From contig CM119270.1 in assembly GCA_051294375.1 (NCBI GenBank), forward strand, positions 21,411,391-21,475,390: a DNA stretch of 64,000 bases. The letters run 5' to 3'. Below the pieces are notes generated by a model. That model made no database searches. It had not been told where the DNA came from and worked only from the letters and a program-made list of their open reading frames with translations. The DNA comes from Paraspadella gotoi. Taxonomy: Eukaryota > Animalia > Chaetognatha. A program made the position numbers and the translations under genes. Shown here in pieces: positions 1 through 18,133 of the stretch (the stretch's first letter is position 1; each line of letters opens with the position of its first letter).

Positions 1-996
1 TTCTGCGTGAAATACTTCATTATCATGTATTAATTTTTAATTTATTAATAATATACATATTCTATCCACTCAGTTGACCTCGTCAACCAGATAAGCTGAG
101 GAACAATCTCCTAGTACTCACGGGGCAAACTGAGTGTGGGTATATCCTTACCGTCTGAGGGTCAGGGTGACCCCCTCTCCATTCGTTCCAACTTCATAAA
201 ATAAAATACCGGAAATAATATTAAAAAAATAAATTAATAAATAGCTATGATAAAGCCTCGTCAACGTTTATGAAATTTTTTTTTCCTTTCAACGATTCGT
301 TTCGTTTTCAATCAGCAGCAGGCAGCAGCAGCATCAGGAATCTAAACATTCCGTTTTCCCTATTCGCCCAATTTTATCACATTTTTAGATTTGTTGTTTG
401 GGTTTTTTTTTTGTTTTTTTTATCGAAATTTTTTATTTGTTTTCGCCGATTTTTATTGCGACAGCGAAAGTTGATTCGTGAATCCGCGACTCAAAATCCG
501 TCAAAATTATTCCTCACATATTTTTTTTTCGATTCCTCGACACGAACCGTCATATTCGATTCAATTTTCTATCTTATAAAATTGACCTGTAAGGTGTTAT
601 ATCATAGTTAAGAATAATGTATATAATAACAAGACCAAGACAAAACAAGGTATCTGTGTCAATTTTATAATTGTTCGTAAAAATTCTATCTGTTGATCAC
701 TTAATTAGTTTAACTTATCTCTTTTAATGTAAATTTAAACTAAACAGTCAAATCTTTAAAGCCAGATGGACACATTAGAAGTTGAAAGATTTACAGTGAT
801 TGTTTTTTTTTCACTGTTTTCCTTTCAACAGTTCAACAGTTCTACTATATCAGTGTTAACCGACTTTCACCGATTTTCGGAAGCACAATCTTTTAAAAAT
901 TCTCTGCAGCTGTGAAACTGTTAAAACAGTAAAACTACCGCGAAACCCGTTTTAACCATAAATATTTTTGACGCGCGCATTCTGTTGAGAGAGAGA

Positions 997-1056
<60 letters not shown>

Positions 1057-1163
1057 AGAATGAGAAGAGAGAGAGAGAAAGAAAGAGAGAGAAGAAGAGA
1101 GAAGAGAGAGAGAGAGAGAAGAGGAGAAGAGAGAGAGAGAAGAAGAGAGAGAGGAGAGAGAGA

Positions 1164-1195
<32 letters not shown>

Positions 1196-2807
1196 AGATA
1201 TTCTGGTCAAAGGTTCGTCTCTCTTTCGTTTTCATTAACGATCTGTGAAAGGCTGAAGTGAAGACTTGAAACGAGATCCTCATTCGTTCGAATCTTGTGA
1301 ATCTCACTGACCCCAAATCAGCGGTCAGTCTATCCGCCAACGATAATAAAAAAATAATCTCGTCATCATAAGGAAAAAGTATAAAAAACAGAAAAAACCA
1401 AAACAAATTTGAAAAAAAACAAAACAAAACAAAACAAAACCAAGAAACTGATGAGTTTGGTCAGTCAAAGGGGAAACAATTTCGATTTGGTCTCTGGTCA
1501 CGTGACCTCGGTTGTGATCACGTTGATCTTCGATGACCGCGGGGTGAGATTCACCGTCGGGATTAGGAAAGGAGGAAAGAGGAGAGGAGGAAGATTATCC
1601 TCCTCCTCTTCTGGGAGGTCGATGAGAGAAGGTCAAGGGTCAAAGTGGATGGGAGTCCTCCGTGGGACAAGATGGGTCAACGATGAAGGGGTCATAGGGT
1701 TTAAGAGTTCGAGCGCGATTCTTTTTCTTTTATTCCTTTTCTTTTTTTTCCTTTTTTTTAATTCCTTTTCTTTTATTCCTTTTTTTTCTTATTGTTTATT
1801 TCCTTTTTTTTTAAAATTATAAATCGTAAATCTAGTTCTTTCGTGACTATTTTTTTTTTTCTTGATATTTGAATAATTATTGATAACTTTTTAATTAATT
1901 TCGGATTATCAAAACTTAGGTACTAGAGGTGTAGAATAATCTTGTCCGATATTGGAATGTCGGTGATCATCGTTGTCGTAGTTGTCGTTATGCGATCATC
2001 GTCGTTGTCTCTAAATCACTTCGTCAAATCGCGTATTATGACCGGTCGAAGAATTTTCAGTTGTTATCGGTCCATATTTAGAGACCGATTGACGAAATAA
2101 ACCAAGACGTAACGAAACTTGCCGCGTGAGCGCAAACATTTCAGGACACAGATTAAATTCATCCACCCATCACTTAACCCGTGCACAAAACTCTTATTAA
2201 ATACCCTAAAATAAATAAAATAAAAAAACGTATAAATTACAAATAATTACTAAAATATCAAGAAAACAGATAGTCCCAGCGCGAAAGACACTAATTAAAC
2301 GATCTATAAAGTATCTAAAAGGACAGAAAAAAAAAAAAAAATAAAAAGCGAAACTAAGTGCCGCTAAATTCAAAAGCTACTACTTGAAAAAAAGAAAACT
2401 AAAACTCTAAAGTCAAAACCAGTAAAAAAAGATAAAATTAGGCACAGATTATACAGGAGTAGAGTAATAGGATATATTAGTATTAAATTAAGGAATCTGT
2501 GGTTCGTGATTCTCCATGATAGCCAGCGCCGTACGGTCTGCTCTTTGCATCTGTCATGGTACCTGCATACTCTTTGTCCAGTCTTTCACCTTTGGTGATT
2601 GGTATCCCTCTCTTCATAATTATTCTTACATCACTTATGTTACCTCCTTCTCATCGTATCACCTTCGCCAGAAGTAGCGAAGGAGGGATAAAATTTAACT
2701 CCCTGTACCCTCTTTTCCTTCCTCATTTTTTCCTTTCTTTTCCTTTCCCTTTCCTTTTCTTCCCTGAATCCTTTTTATCTTCGTCATTCCCCAACGGAAA
2801 ACGAATC
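1..2807 (+). repeat. Noisy direct copy of ~11926-14390
   Basis: Starts ttctgcgtgaaatacttcattatcatg as at ~11926 and is colinear to ttttatcttcgtc...aacggaaa..cgaatc (~14390), with many 1-nt indels; degrades strongly after ~1900. Confidence 0.9.
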
Positions 2808-2809
2808 CC

Positions 2810-5012
2810 TTCTCTATTTGATAATCCCGACGGTGAATCTCACCTCCTTCCAGCGGTCATCGAAGATCACGTGAAATCACAAACGGCGAGGTCACGTGAC
2901 CAGAGACGCAAATCGAAAATTGGTTTCCCTTGACATGGACAAACTCATTCAGTTTTCTTGTATTTTTGTTTGTTTTGTTTGTTTTTTCTTTGTTTTGGGG
3001 TTTTCTGTTTTTGTATACTTTTCTTAATGATGACGAAGATTATTTTTTTTTCATTATCGTGGGGATAGACCTGCCGGACTGAATTTGAGGTCAGTGAGAT
3101 TCACCAAAGATTCGAACGAAATGAGATCTCGTTTCAAGTCTTCACTTCAGCCTTCACAGATCGTTAATGAAACGAAAGAAGAACGACCTTGACCTAGAAT
3201 ATCTCTCTCTCTCTCTTCTCTCTTCTCTCTCTCTCTTCTCTCATTTCTCTGCTCTCTACTATCTCTCTCTTCCCTCTCTCTCTCTCTCATCTCTCTCTCT
3301 TCTCTTTCCTCTCTTTCTTTCTCTCTTCCTCTCTCCTTCTCTCTCTCTCTTCTCTCTTCTCCTCTCTCTCTCTCTCTCTTCCTCTCTCTCTCTCTCTTCT
3401 CTCTCTCTCTCAACAGAAATGCGGGTCAAAATATTTAGGTTAAAACGGAGGTTAACGGTAGTTTACTGGTTTTAAAGACCAGATCTTGGCCACAGCTCAG
3501 AGAATTTTAAAAGATTGTTGCTTCGCGAATGGTGTGTCACTGAATATGTAAGCTGTGAACTGTGAGAAAGGGAAAACGTGAAAAAAACAATCAACTGGTA
3601 AATTTTCAACTTCTAATGCGATTCTACTGCTTAAAGATTTGTGCGTTTGGACTCGCTCATTAGTTAATTTACAGTAGAGATGCATAGAGAATACAGTTAA
3701 AGTACTAAATTTGATGCAACAGTAGATTTACAAGCATTAAAATTGACACAGATCCTTGTTTTGTTCTTTGGTCCTTGTATTATATACATAATTCTCTTAA
3801 CTATGATTAACCACCTTACAGGTCAATTTTATAAAGAGAAAATTGATTCGAATTTACGTTCGTTGTACGGAGAATCGAAAAAAAATATGTTGACGGAATA
3901 ATTTTTGCGGGTTTTGAGTCGAAGGAATTCACGAATCACTTCGCTGTCGGCAATAAAAATCGGAAAACAAATAAAAAAATCGGAAAATAAAACTAAAAAA
4001 ACAATAAACAAATAAAAAATGTGATAAATTGGGCGAAAGGAAAACGGAAGTTTGATTCCTGATGCTGCTTGCTGCTGCTGCTGATTGAAAACGAAAACGA
4101 ATCGTTGAAAGGAAAAAAAATTTCATAAAACGTTGACGAGGTTTATTAATTAGCTATTTATTAACATTATTTTTTAATAATTATTCCGGGTATTTATTTT
4201 ATTGAAGTGGACGAATGGCAGAAGGGGGTCACGCCTGACCCTCAGAACGGTAGGATATGACCCCAACACTCAGTTTGCCCGTGAGTCTAGGAGAATGTGT
4301 TACCATCAGTTATCTGGTTGACCGAGGTCAACTTGAGTGGATAGATAAGTGGGTATATTATAATAAATTATAAAAATTAATACATGATATGAAGTATTAT
4401 CACCGCAGGAATCTGTAATTTTTTAAACTTGTTTTCGTTTTTGTTTTTAATTTTAATTTTTGTTTTTTGTAAAATAATTTAAAATTCAAAGAAACAATAA
4501 AAAATGGCGAATGTCCAGGATAAAAGAAAATAATCGTTTCACGCTGGAAGGAGAAAAATCTTTTGGGACAACGATGAACAGTTTGACAACGCGACGACGA
4601 CGACGACGATAACTGATTATGACGAAAATACACACAGCACACCGACAACCTGGATTTATAACCTGAATGAGTAATCAACGGAGGAAAAGAGAAGCTAGAA
4701 GAGAGAGAGAGAGAGAGAAGAGGAAGAGAGAGAGAGAGAGAGAGAGATTGTTTTTCAGTAGTAGATAACGAGAAAAAGACGAAGAAGATCAGTTGTTTTC
4801 GTACGTAGAATTTAGGCACCCACGAGTATCTCTCTCTCTCTCTCTCTCATCTCTCTCTTCTCTCTTCTCTTCTCTCTCTCTCTCTTACACGAAAAACTGA
4901 ATCGAACAGCAAACAATTTTTTTCTCTAAAAAAAAAAATCGATCGAATTAATTTATGCGACTTCAACCGGAAAAAAACCGGGAAAATCCGGCGGCTGAAA
5001 AAAATATTTGGC
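2810..5012 (-). repeat. Noisy inverted copy of ~11270-13500
   Basis: ataatcccgacggtgaatctcacc (~2821) is the reverse complement of ggtgagattcaccgtcgggatta (~13474); colinearity continues to ccggcggctgaaaaaaa (~4990 = ~11290 reversed). Confidence 0.9.
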
Positions 5013-5016
5013 CCAA

Positions 5017-5319
5017 GCCTTCTCATTTCCTCGTTGATTACTCATTCAGGTTAAAATCCAGGGTGTGTGTGTGTGTGTATTTCGTATAATTCAGTTATCG
5101 TCGTCGTCGTCGTCGTCGTCGTCATAACTGTCATCGTTGTCAAAAGATTTTTCTCTCCAGCGGTGAAACGTTATTTTCTTTTATCTGCGACATTCGCCAT
5201 TTTTTTATTGTTTCTTTTGATTTTTAAATTATTTTACAAAAACAAAAATTAAAATAAAACAAAAACGAAAACAAGTTTTAAAAAATTACAGATTCTGCGT
5301 GAAATACTTCATTATCATG
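5017..5319 (+). repeat. Near-exact direct copy of ~11649-11952
   Basis: agccttctcatttcctcgttgattactcattcagg ... ttcattatcatg matches the 11649-11952 segment; ORF track gives the same 61-aa ORF at 5067 and 11700. Confidence 0.9.
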
Positions 5320-5324
5320 AAAAA

Positions 5325-8300
5325 AGAGAGAAGATCTCCTCCTCCCGATCGAAGACGAGTCTGCATCTCCGGCGTGAACATCGCCCTCTCTCAGCGCTCC
5401 TTCCACTCGACGAGCGCTTTGGCCGAAAGAACTCGTTATTGAGCGGTGGCGGAGTTGAGGCGGGGGGGTAGGGCTCGAAGGGGGTGGAGGGTTGGAGGAG
5501 AAGAAGAGGAGGAGAGGGGGAAGAGACAGAGTCGCATTCGGGAAGTGAATTTTAAGAGTTTTTGGTTGATAGGAAAATTAGGGAGGCTGTTGAAAGGGGA
5601 AATATTGATAAATATTATTAAAAAAAAAAATTAATTAAAGAATAAAAGTAATCTACACTCTTAATTACTTTTTTTTCTTTTTCTGAAAAAAAAATATCGT
5701 AACATTGATTAACAGAATAAGAAGATAAAAAGTAATTAACTAATTATTAAAATGAATTCAATTTTCACTCCATTGTAAGTTAATTCTAATGTCAGTTATA
5801 ATAAAATAGCCATCACTTAAAAACTAGACCCCTCCATGAATAAATAAACATATTATACAATAAAACAATCAGCCAATCAACGGAAGCAATCAATCAAAAA
5901 CGGACCTAGCAAAGGTGTGCTTGTTGATCAACGTCCTCAAATTCGTCTTGACGAGGATCGAGTCTTGACTCTCGACGTCGACGAACCCCGCCCGCGTCTG
6001 CCGTCAAACTGCTCCGCCGACGATAGACCGCTTCGAGCCACGCCCCACTTTTGGCGTTGCGTAAATGATGAGCGCCGAGACGCGGGCGGCGCCACCGACG
6101 CCGACCGGGAGGGCGTTGGCGAGAATGTCGCGGAGGAAAGCGCGCTGTTGCGAGGGCGATGGGGAGCGCTCTTGCGAGGCGGCGCGATCCGGAGTGGACG
6201 AGGCGGTGGAAGGGGTGTGGTGGAATGGGATCGAGTCGAGGCGGGCCACGGCGGCGGAGGTCGAGGAGGAGCCGGACTTGGAGGCGGCGGAAGCGGCGGC
6301 GACGGCGGCCGCGGCTTCGGCAGCCGGCCGCTTTGGCGGCGGCAGCGGCTGCCGCGGCCGCCGCTGCGGCGATACGGCCGCTGCAGCGGGTGGTGGGTTG
6401 AACGCCTGTTTTATAAGATAACCAAAAGGAACTTAGTAAAAATAAAACTAATGTACAAACTAAAACACACTTACAATTACAATCATCGTTTCCTTAACTT
6501 TCTCTACTTCTCTCGAAACTTACCTTTCTCCTCCTCCGCCTTCTTCTCCCGCTCCTCCTCCTCTTCCTCATTCATTCCTCTTCCTTCTTTTCACTTGTTG
6601 TCTCATCGCTTCTTTCACCGCGCGTTTGCAATGAGACGAATTCAAGACGGAGGGGCGCCGGTCGACGAGACGCCGTTCGCTTATTGGCGCCCTCGGTGCG
6701 ATCTAGCCTCGCCGGCGCCGGCGCGAGTTCGTTTTTGGCGCCGGAGAGGACGAGGAGGCGCTGGAAACGGGCGCCGGTGCCGCCTTCCGTTGACACCGCC
6801 GTGTGAATGGTGACGTCGGGATCGAGACCCGAAGTCACTAGTTCCACGATGCGGCGCCCGTTGTTGTTGTTGTTGTTGTTGTGATTTCTGTTGTTGTTGT
6901 TCGACGGAGAATCATGAGCGCCGTTGGTCGAAAAGGCGCCGGAGTTGACGCCGTTAGAATTAACGGCGTCGGTTTTAATTTTGTGAAGTCGAACTGGGGT
7001 AGAACCGATTGTCGAACTGGCGGTCGAAAAGTCGAACTGGCGGTCGGAGTTTCGAATTGACGGTCGAGTTTGGTGTCGTATTCGCAGTCGAGTTTGGCAG
7101 TGAGAGGCAACGGACGATTCACAGTTAGAGATGGCGGCGTCGGCGGCGTCATTTTCGGCGTCAACGGACGACCCCGATTCCCACCTCTGCATCAGTTGTT
7201 TAGTTTGTGGTGGAATCGACGGGCTTGTAGTCTGATATGAAGTTGGTAATGGTATATATAATATAAAATTATCCATACCATTTAATAAGTTGCTATCTTG
7301 CCTCTGACTTTAGACAATCGACGAGAGTTTAAGGGCCTCAATTTAATTTACAAGATAATGACAATGAGGAACCGTACAAGCTTTCAAACAAGACTCAAAT
7401 CTAGTTTAATTGTTTTATTATTTTATTATTTATTTATTCTTTTATTCCGCAGAACATGCTTCCATTTCAATGAAGTGGTTTTAAAAAAAAATGACTCATT
7501 TGTGACAAAACGAGGCTTCCCATTGAGGGAATACTTTTATCGTACTCGCACTAGTATCAAAATCAAGGAGCTAATCGTAATGAAATTATCCAATTAGTTC
7601 AATTTAACATTTTAATTTTTAAACAACAATCCACAACTAAAAAAAAAAAAATCTCTAACCTTTGGTTTCTTTCTCTCCGAGCTCGTCTCCTTTTCTCGCT
7701 TCCTTCCTTTCCTCTTTCCTTTCTTCTCTCCTTTCCTCCCTTCTCCTTCTTCCTCTCTTCTCCCATCGCTTCCCTCCTCCTCTTCCTCCCCCTCCTCATC
7801 CCCTTCGGAGAATTGTCTCCCTCGGTGAGGCAGGCGGAGGAAATGTGGGAGATGCCCGATTCGGAGGCTGTAATTGGGGGGAGGGGGAGAGGAGGGGGGG
7901 GAGGGGGAGAGAGATGGGGGGAGGGGGGGAGAGATGGGAGAAGAGAGGAAGGGAAAGAGGAGAGAAGAAAAGTGAAAAAAAAAAGAGAAAAATAGGAATG
8001 AAAAGAGCGGAAAAGAGCGGGAAAGAGAGAATGGGAGAATGGGAGAATGAGAGAATGGGAGAATGGGAGAAAATAAATAATCGCGATGAGAAAATCGCGT
8101 TTTGAGCGCAAAAGGCGATACTGTGGACGCAACAAGTTTCAGAGAAGGAATGATAAGAAAAGATAAGAAAGATAATAACATATCTTCGTTGTCATAGAAA
8201 CGCAAAGATGAAGCCAATAATAAATATTTTTTTCTCATAATTTTTTTAAAGATTAATCATGAAAAAAAGAGGGAACAGTAAATTTATTGACGATGATATT

Positions 8301-9892
8301 TTTATATATATGTTTAGAATATAATAGCATATTAGAATACGCGACACAATAGTACCAAGTACATATATTACAAAATAAATATGTAAATGGAATCCCTTCG
8401 CTCACCCGCGTCGCCGATCGACGACGACGACGACGACGACGACGACAGCCACAGATGATCCGACTCTTCCGTCGGTGACCGTCGTCGCGTCCGCCGCCCA
8501 GCATATGCCGCCAATCCGCCCGCCGCCCAGCAGGTGCCGCTCGCCCAGCAGGTGCGAGGAGATGTCGCATTTGAGGCCGTAGATGCCCATTCGGCCGGAG
8601 AACTTTGTAGAAGACGCCGTCGTCGCCTCGAGTTGGCGTGAAGGGCCGAGTTGAGAAACGGGAGGGGGCTCGTGCCGCTGGAGTTGAAGTGGGGTGTTAA
8701 AGGGGTGGAGAGGGGGTTGAAAGGGTGTTGATGGGATGGAGAGGGGTGTAGAAGGGGTGGAGGGGAGGTTGAAGGGGTGGAGGTGGGTGTTGAAAGGGAT
8801 GGAGAGGGATGTGGAAGGGGTGGAGGGGGAAGTTAAAGGGGTTAGGAGGGGTGTTGAAGGGGTGGAGGTGGGTGTTGAAGGGGTGTTGATGGGATGGAGA
8901 GGGTGTGTAGAAGGGGTAGAGGATGATGTTAAAGGGGTGAGGGCGGTGAAGATGGGTGATATTTGTGGAAGTGGTGATGGAGATGGGGTGGACATGAAAG
9001 TGGAGGAAGGAAAATTAAGTAAGAAAATAATGTTAAAAATATATTTTTATGCTTAAATTGTGAATGAAAGTTCTATTATCACAAATCAAGAATAAAGGTT
9101 TTATTCTGTCTCTCATGGATACGAAAAATACTTTACGTTTCTCTAGATTTTTAGAAAAGTCAGTGAGTTAAACGTTCAACGAAAAAAACAAAAAAACTAT
9201 TGTTAATTTTTTTAGCATCAGGATTAATTTTCGTTGTTTCTTGAGAAATTTTTGCCACAATCCAACAAATTAGGTTTTACTACTTTAAAAATAACAACAT
9301 CAAAAGAGCTATTCTAAAAGCCCACAATCATAGCGTCAACAACATCAATTAAATCTTTTTCCACATCATCTTTACAACATCAGTCTTTACTTACTTGAGC
9401 TCCTTTGAGATTTTCCCTTTGAATGATCTTTCATGATTTCTTTGTAGCTCATTGGCTGCTTGGGATACATCTCCAGCACCTTAAAAGAAGAGAGACGTTA
9501 AATCCAATTGGCTAAGTAATAAAATGTGTTAATTTTGATTAGGGAAATCATCCACTTTTTTCTGACACACAAATTAAATGACTATAGACTAAAGAGACCG
9601 TTTATTGAGTAATAATGACGATTATAATGACATATTAAAGCAACTATTTCAAATCAGCTTTTGTAGTCTATAAAATTGGACAATTTTAAAATAAACCGAG
9701 CCAATATCAATCAAATCACAATCAAAAGCAAGCTCAACAAGCCAATCTTTCAACGAAATCAATCAATAATCAAAATAAATCCTCCATCTTGGCCGCTTCC
9801 ACCCACGACCTTCCTTTCTTCCTCCTGTGCAATTTTTCCCTGACTGCCCGTTCTGCATTTTTCGCCCGGATATTCGGCGTCGAGGGAATCAT
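5325..9892 (-). CDS. ASXL: Additional sex combs-like protein (HARE-HTH + DEUBAD/ASXH domains), multi-exon, 3' end missing, several apparent indel errors
   Basis: Manual translation allowing 1-nt indels: [19 protein letters not shown] (~9892-9785) | [26 protein letters not shown] (~9479-9396) | [34 protein letters not shown] (from ~8679) closely resembles the ASXL2 N-terminus (RRKKGRTWAEAAK...GTSPLACLNAMLH...FYKVPGRMGVY). [24 protein letters not shown] (~5985-5907) and [28 protein letters not shown] (~5450-5345) match the DEUBAD domain. Further GC-rich exons at ~7868-7660, ~7186-6524, ~6405-5907. Confidence 0.92.
7238..7590 (+). mobile_element. Diverged copy of the ~300 bp MITE family (see 17047-17346)
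   Basis: tatgaagttggta...aaaattatccat...gctatcttgcctctgactttagaca...caagataatgaca...aagctttcaa..aagactc matches the 17047 copy. Confidence 0.75.
8690..8990. repeat. Purine-rich degenerate intronic minisatellite (gaaggggtggaggg-like units)
   Basis: Repeated aaggggtggag / gtgttgaagggg units in an ASXL intron; source of the spurious STP-rich and GVE-rich ORFs. Confidence 0.8.
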
Positions 9893-10279
9893 TCAGCGAC
9901 GAATTTACGATGGCGCAATGAATTTTCGTTCATCCTTCGTTCGTCGACCCTCGAATTCGTTCATTCTTTCCCGTTTCGTTCGTCAAGGCAGTCGCCATTT
10001 TGTTTCTTGACCTAATCATTCGTTTTCCTTCTTTCTCTTCGTCCGCAAATATTTTCTTGAATATTCGTCTTTGGATTTTTTTTTTCTCTTGTTCTGTTCC
10101 TTTTTTTGTTCGCAAAGGATTTCGTTCGTACCTTCTTTCATCGGTCATTAAAAAAAAAAATTCAGTTGTCAGATTCTCTTCGCTGAACGCGAAAGCGTTT
10201 CTGTTTTAATTCGAGCCACAGATTTTTGTCTGTTGCAGAGGGACCCATATTTCGTTTTTAATGGATCAATGGAGAGGCG

Positions 10280-10405
10280 GACGCTGATTGGTCGGGCAGA
10301 ATAAAAGACGAGCGTTCATTGGGAGAGGAATGAGTTAGAGGCGTCGATTGGTTGATTCGGATGATCGACCGTCGCTGATTGGACGAGAGCGACGACGACG
10401 AGAAG

Positions 10406-10410
<5 letters not shown>
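10280..10410. promoter_or_regulatory. Putative bidirectional promoter with four phased CCAAT (NF-Y) boxes and a YY1-like AAGATGGCG
   Basis: ATTGG at 10287, 10318, 10347 and 10378 (31/29/31 bp spacing) in a CpG-rich island, between ASXL (minus) and AAGATGGCG with ATG at 10406 (plus). Confidence 0.65.
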
Positions 10411-15765
<5,355 letters not shown>

Positions 15766-17046
15766 TGGTCTCGAGTCGGTGAACAGATTTCACAAACAAA
15801 ATATCATTTTTCTCTCACTGAAAAACGCGGTTATAGAGATTTCTTACAACCAAAATATCATTTTTCACTTTCACCGATTAAAAAACTATTTGTTTTTCTT
15901 CTTCTCTTTTCTTTTCTTTTCTTTTCTTTTCTTTTCTTTTCTTTTCTTTTCTTTTCTTTTCTTTTCTTTTCTTTTCTTTTCTTTTCTTTTCTTTTCTTTT
16001 TTCTCAATTAACTCATTGACAAAATAAAAAAAAACCAATCATTGGCATTAAATTTTATTATTACCATAATTTGCAAAGATTTAAAAACAATTTTTCAAAC
16101 CGTTATTTTATGGCAGTATCGTAAAACTCCTTCGCTATAACCTTTGTGCCTTAATGTCGAATTGGTACCATTCGCCAACTCGTTCGCCATTGACCCCGGG
16201 TCGCTTCTCGCTTACATGCACGTAATGCAATGATGACAATTCTGATCCGCCTTCTGTGACGATGGTGTGATACCCCTTGCTACTCGTAACAAAGGCTGTC
16301 CTACTCTAGTCGATACCGTAATGTAATTTACACAAATCTATTTTACTATTCTGCGCAATAATTGGTTCTCCTTTTTCTCCTGCAAACCCTTATTTATTTA
16401 GTTTTAGTTATTGACAAAAATCGATTCGAAATTAATCATTTAAAACTGAGACCAACAAGAGACAGGATTTTGATAAAACAAATGATATGAATTTAATAAT
16501 ATTAATTTAAAAATCGCCGAAATACTCTTTTCCTAAACTTTGACTGACTGACCATTTTCGTTAGTGTCATATTTATATCCATAGCAATTATATTAAAAAA
16601 ATATAATTTAAAATATAAAAAATATATTATTTAAAAAAAAATTAATTACTAATAATAAGATACAGTTAACAATGTATTAATTCATTGTTATCTTACAGTT
16701 GTATTTATTGTTTTCATTCATGGAGAAATGAATTTTTTGTTCCGGTTGAAAGAAAATCCGGTTTCTTCGACGTAAAAGTCAAGGGGCCACAGATTTGACC
16801 TAATTTTCGGGGCAAAAAGTTGCGCCAGGAATTTTCTCTGTCGGACAACATTGCCCGAAATTTACCAACCGTGTCGGTTGACGACGACGACGACGAATAT
16901 CTTTGTTATCTTCTTTATATCGTCATTGTTTTCGGTTTTGGAACGCCCACGATGATGACGATAGAGATGACATCAACGAAATTGGAATAGCGATGACGAC
17001 GACGGTCTATTTTCGTATCTGAATCACATGACTTCACCAACATATA

Positions 17047-17346
17047 TGAAATTGGTACAACCAATATAAAAATTATCCATTCATTTAATAGATAAGCTAT
17101 CTTGCCCCTGACTTTGGACAGGCTTTGGTGGTTTAAGGCCTCCATCACTCTTACAAGATAATGAGATAGCAGGTCCCTGCAAGCTTTCAATCAAGACTCT
17201 CTCACAGTCTCGTTTATTCACTCCCAGAGTACCTGGCTTCCCTATCAATGAAGTGGTATAATATTTCAAAGAATGTTTCAATTGTATGAAAAGACCACTC
17301 CCTTAAGTATTAGATCGGTTGTATTATATTGGTTGTACTAATTTCA
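17047..17346. mobile_element. MITE / non-autonomous DNA transposon, ~300 bp with 22-bp TIRs
   Basis: Left tgaaattggtacaaccaatata; right tatattggttgtactaatttca (1 mismatch to reverse complement). Other copies at ~7238, ~27011, ~29420 (reverse) and a lone TIR at ~38615. No clear TSD. Confidence 0.8.
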
Positions 17347-17401
17347 CTTTCAAATTTTTGGAAACATACTTTTCGCTGAGAAACTTTTTCCCAAAGGTCT
17401 A

Positions 17402-17467
<66 letters not shown>

Positions 17468-17501
17468 CTTTTTTTCCCTCTCTCTCTCTCTTCCTCTCTC
17501 T

Positions 17502-17613
<112 letters not shown>

Positions 17614-17727
17614 CTCCTCTCTCTTTGTAACTCAGCGAAATTTCCTTTCCCATTCTCGTATCTCGGGACTGAGGGTTTTTCGGGGCGAGCGATGGCGCCT
17701 TTCCAAGAAAGCGGGTGGGTTTCGCGC

Positions 17728-17777
<50 letters not shown>

Positions 17778-18133
17778 GGGAGAGAGAGAGAGAGAGGTTT
17801 TTTATTTCCGCCAAATTAAGTTTCGTCACTTTACACTAATTTGATGAGTAAAAAAATCACAGCCAACAATTTTTTTCTCAATCCTTTTTTTTTATTCTTG
17901 ATATTATTAAGTTAGACTTTTTTCTTTTAAATTTAAAATTGTTTAATTTTTTGTCTTTTATTCTATGCGTGTTCATTTAATTTGAGCGGTGCCTTAAATA
18001 TTAAACATTGAACCATGATTTTGTATCTGAATTAAACTTGATTTTTTCATTTTTATAATAAATTTAATCATTAATTAACTAAATTCCCTTTTGTTTTATT
18101 CATTTCAGTTACTTTGCTCTTTTGTCTCCCAAG

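Noticed and set aside
1448-1485. CTGATGAG...GAAAC hammerhead-like string
   Set aside because: No good stems, and the cleaner copy at ~13380 reads catgaatgag, so the motif likely arises from an indel error.
5340-9480. Programmed frameshifting or RNA editing in ASXL
   Set aside because: Indels are scattered, often in homopolymers, and adjoin clearly unpolished sequence; consensus error is simpler.
16229-16300. C/D box snoRNA
   Set aside because: C box and a nearby CTGA only; no terminal D box at a suitable distance and no terminal stem.
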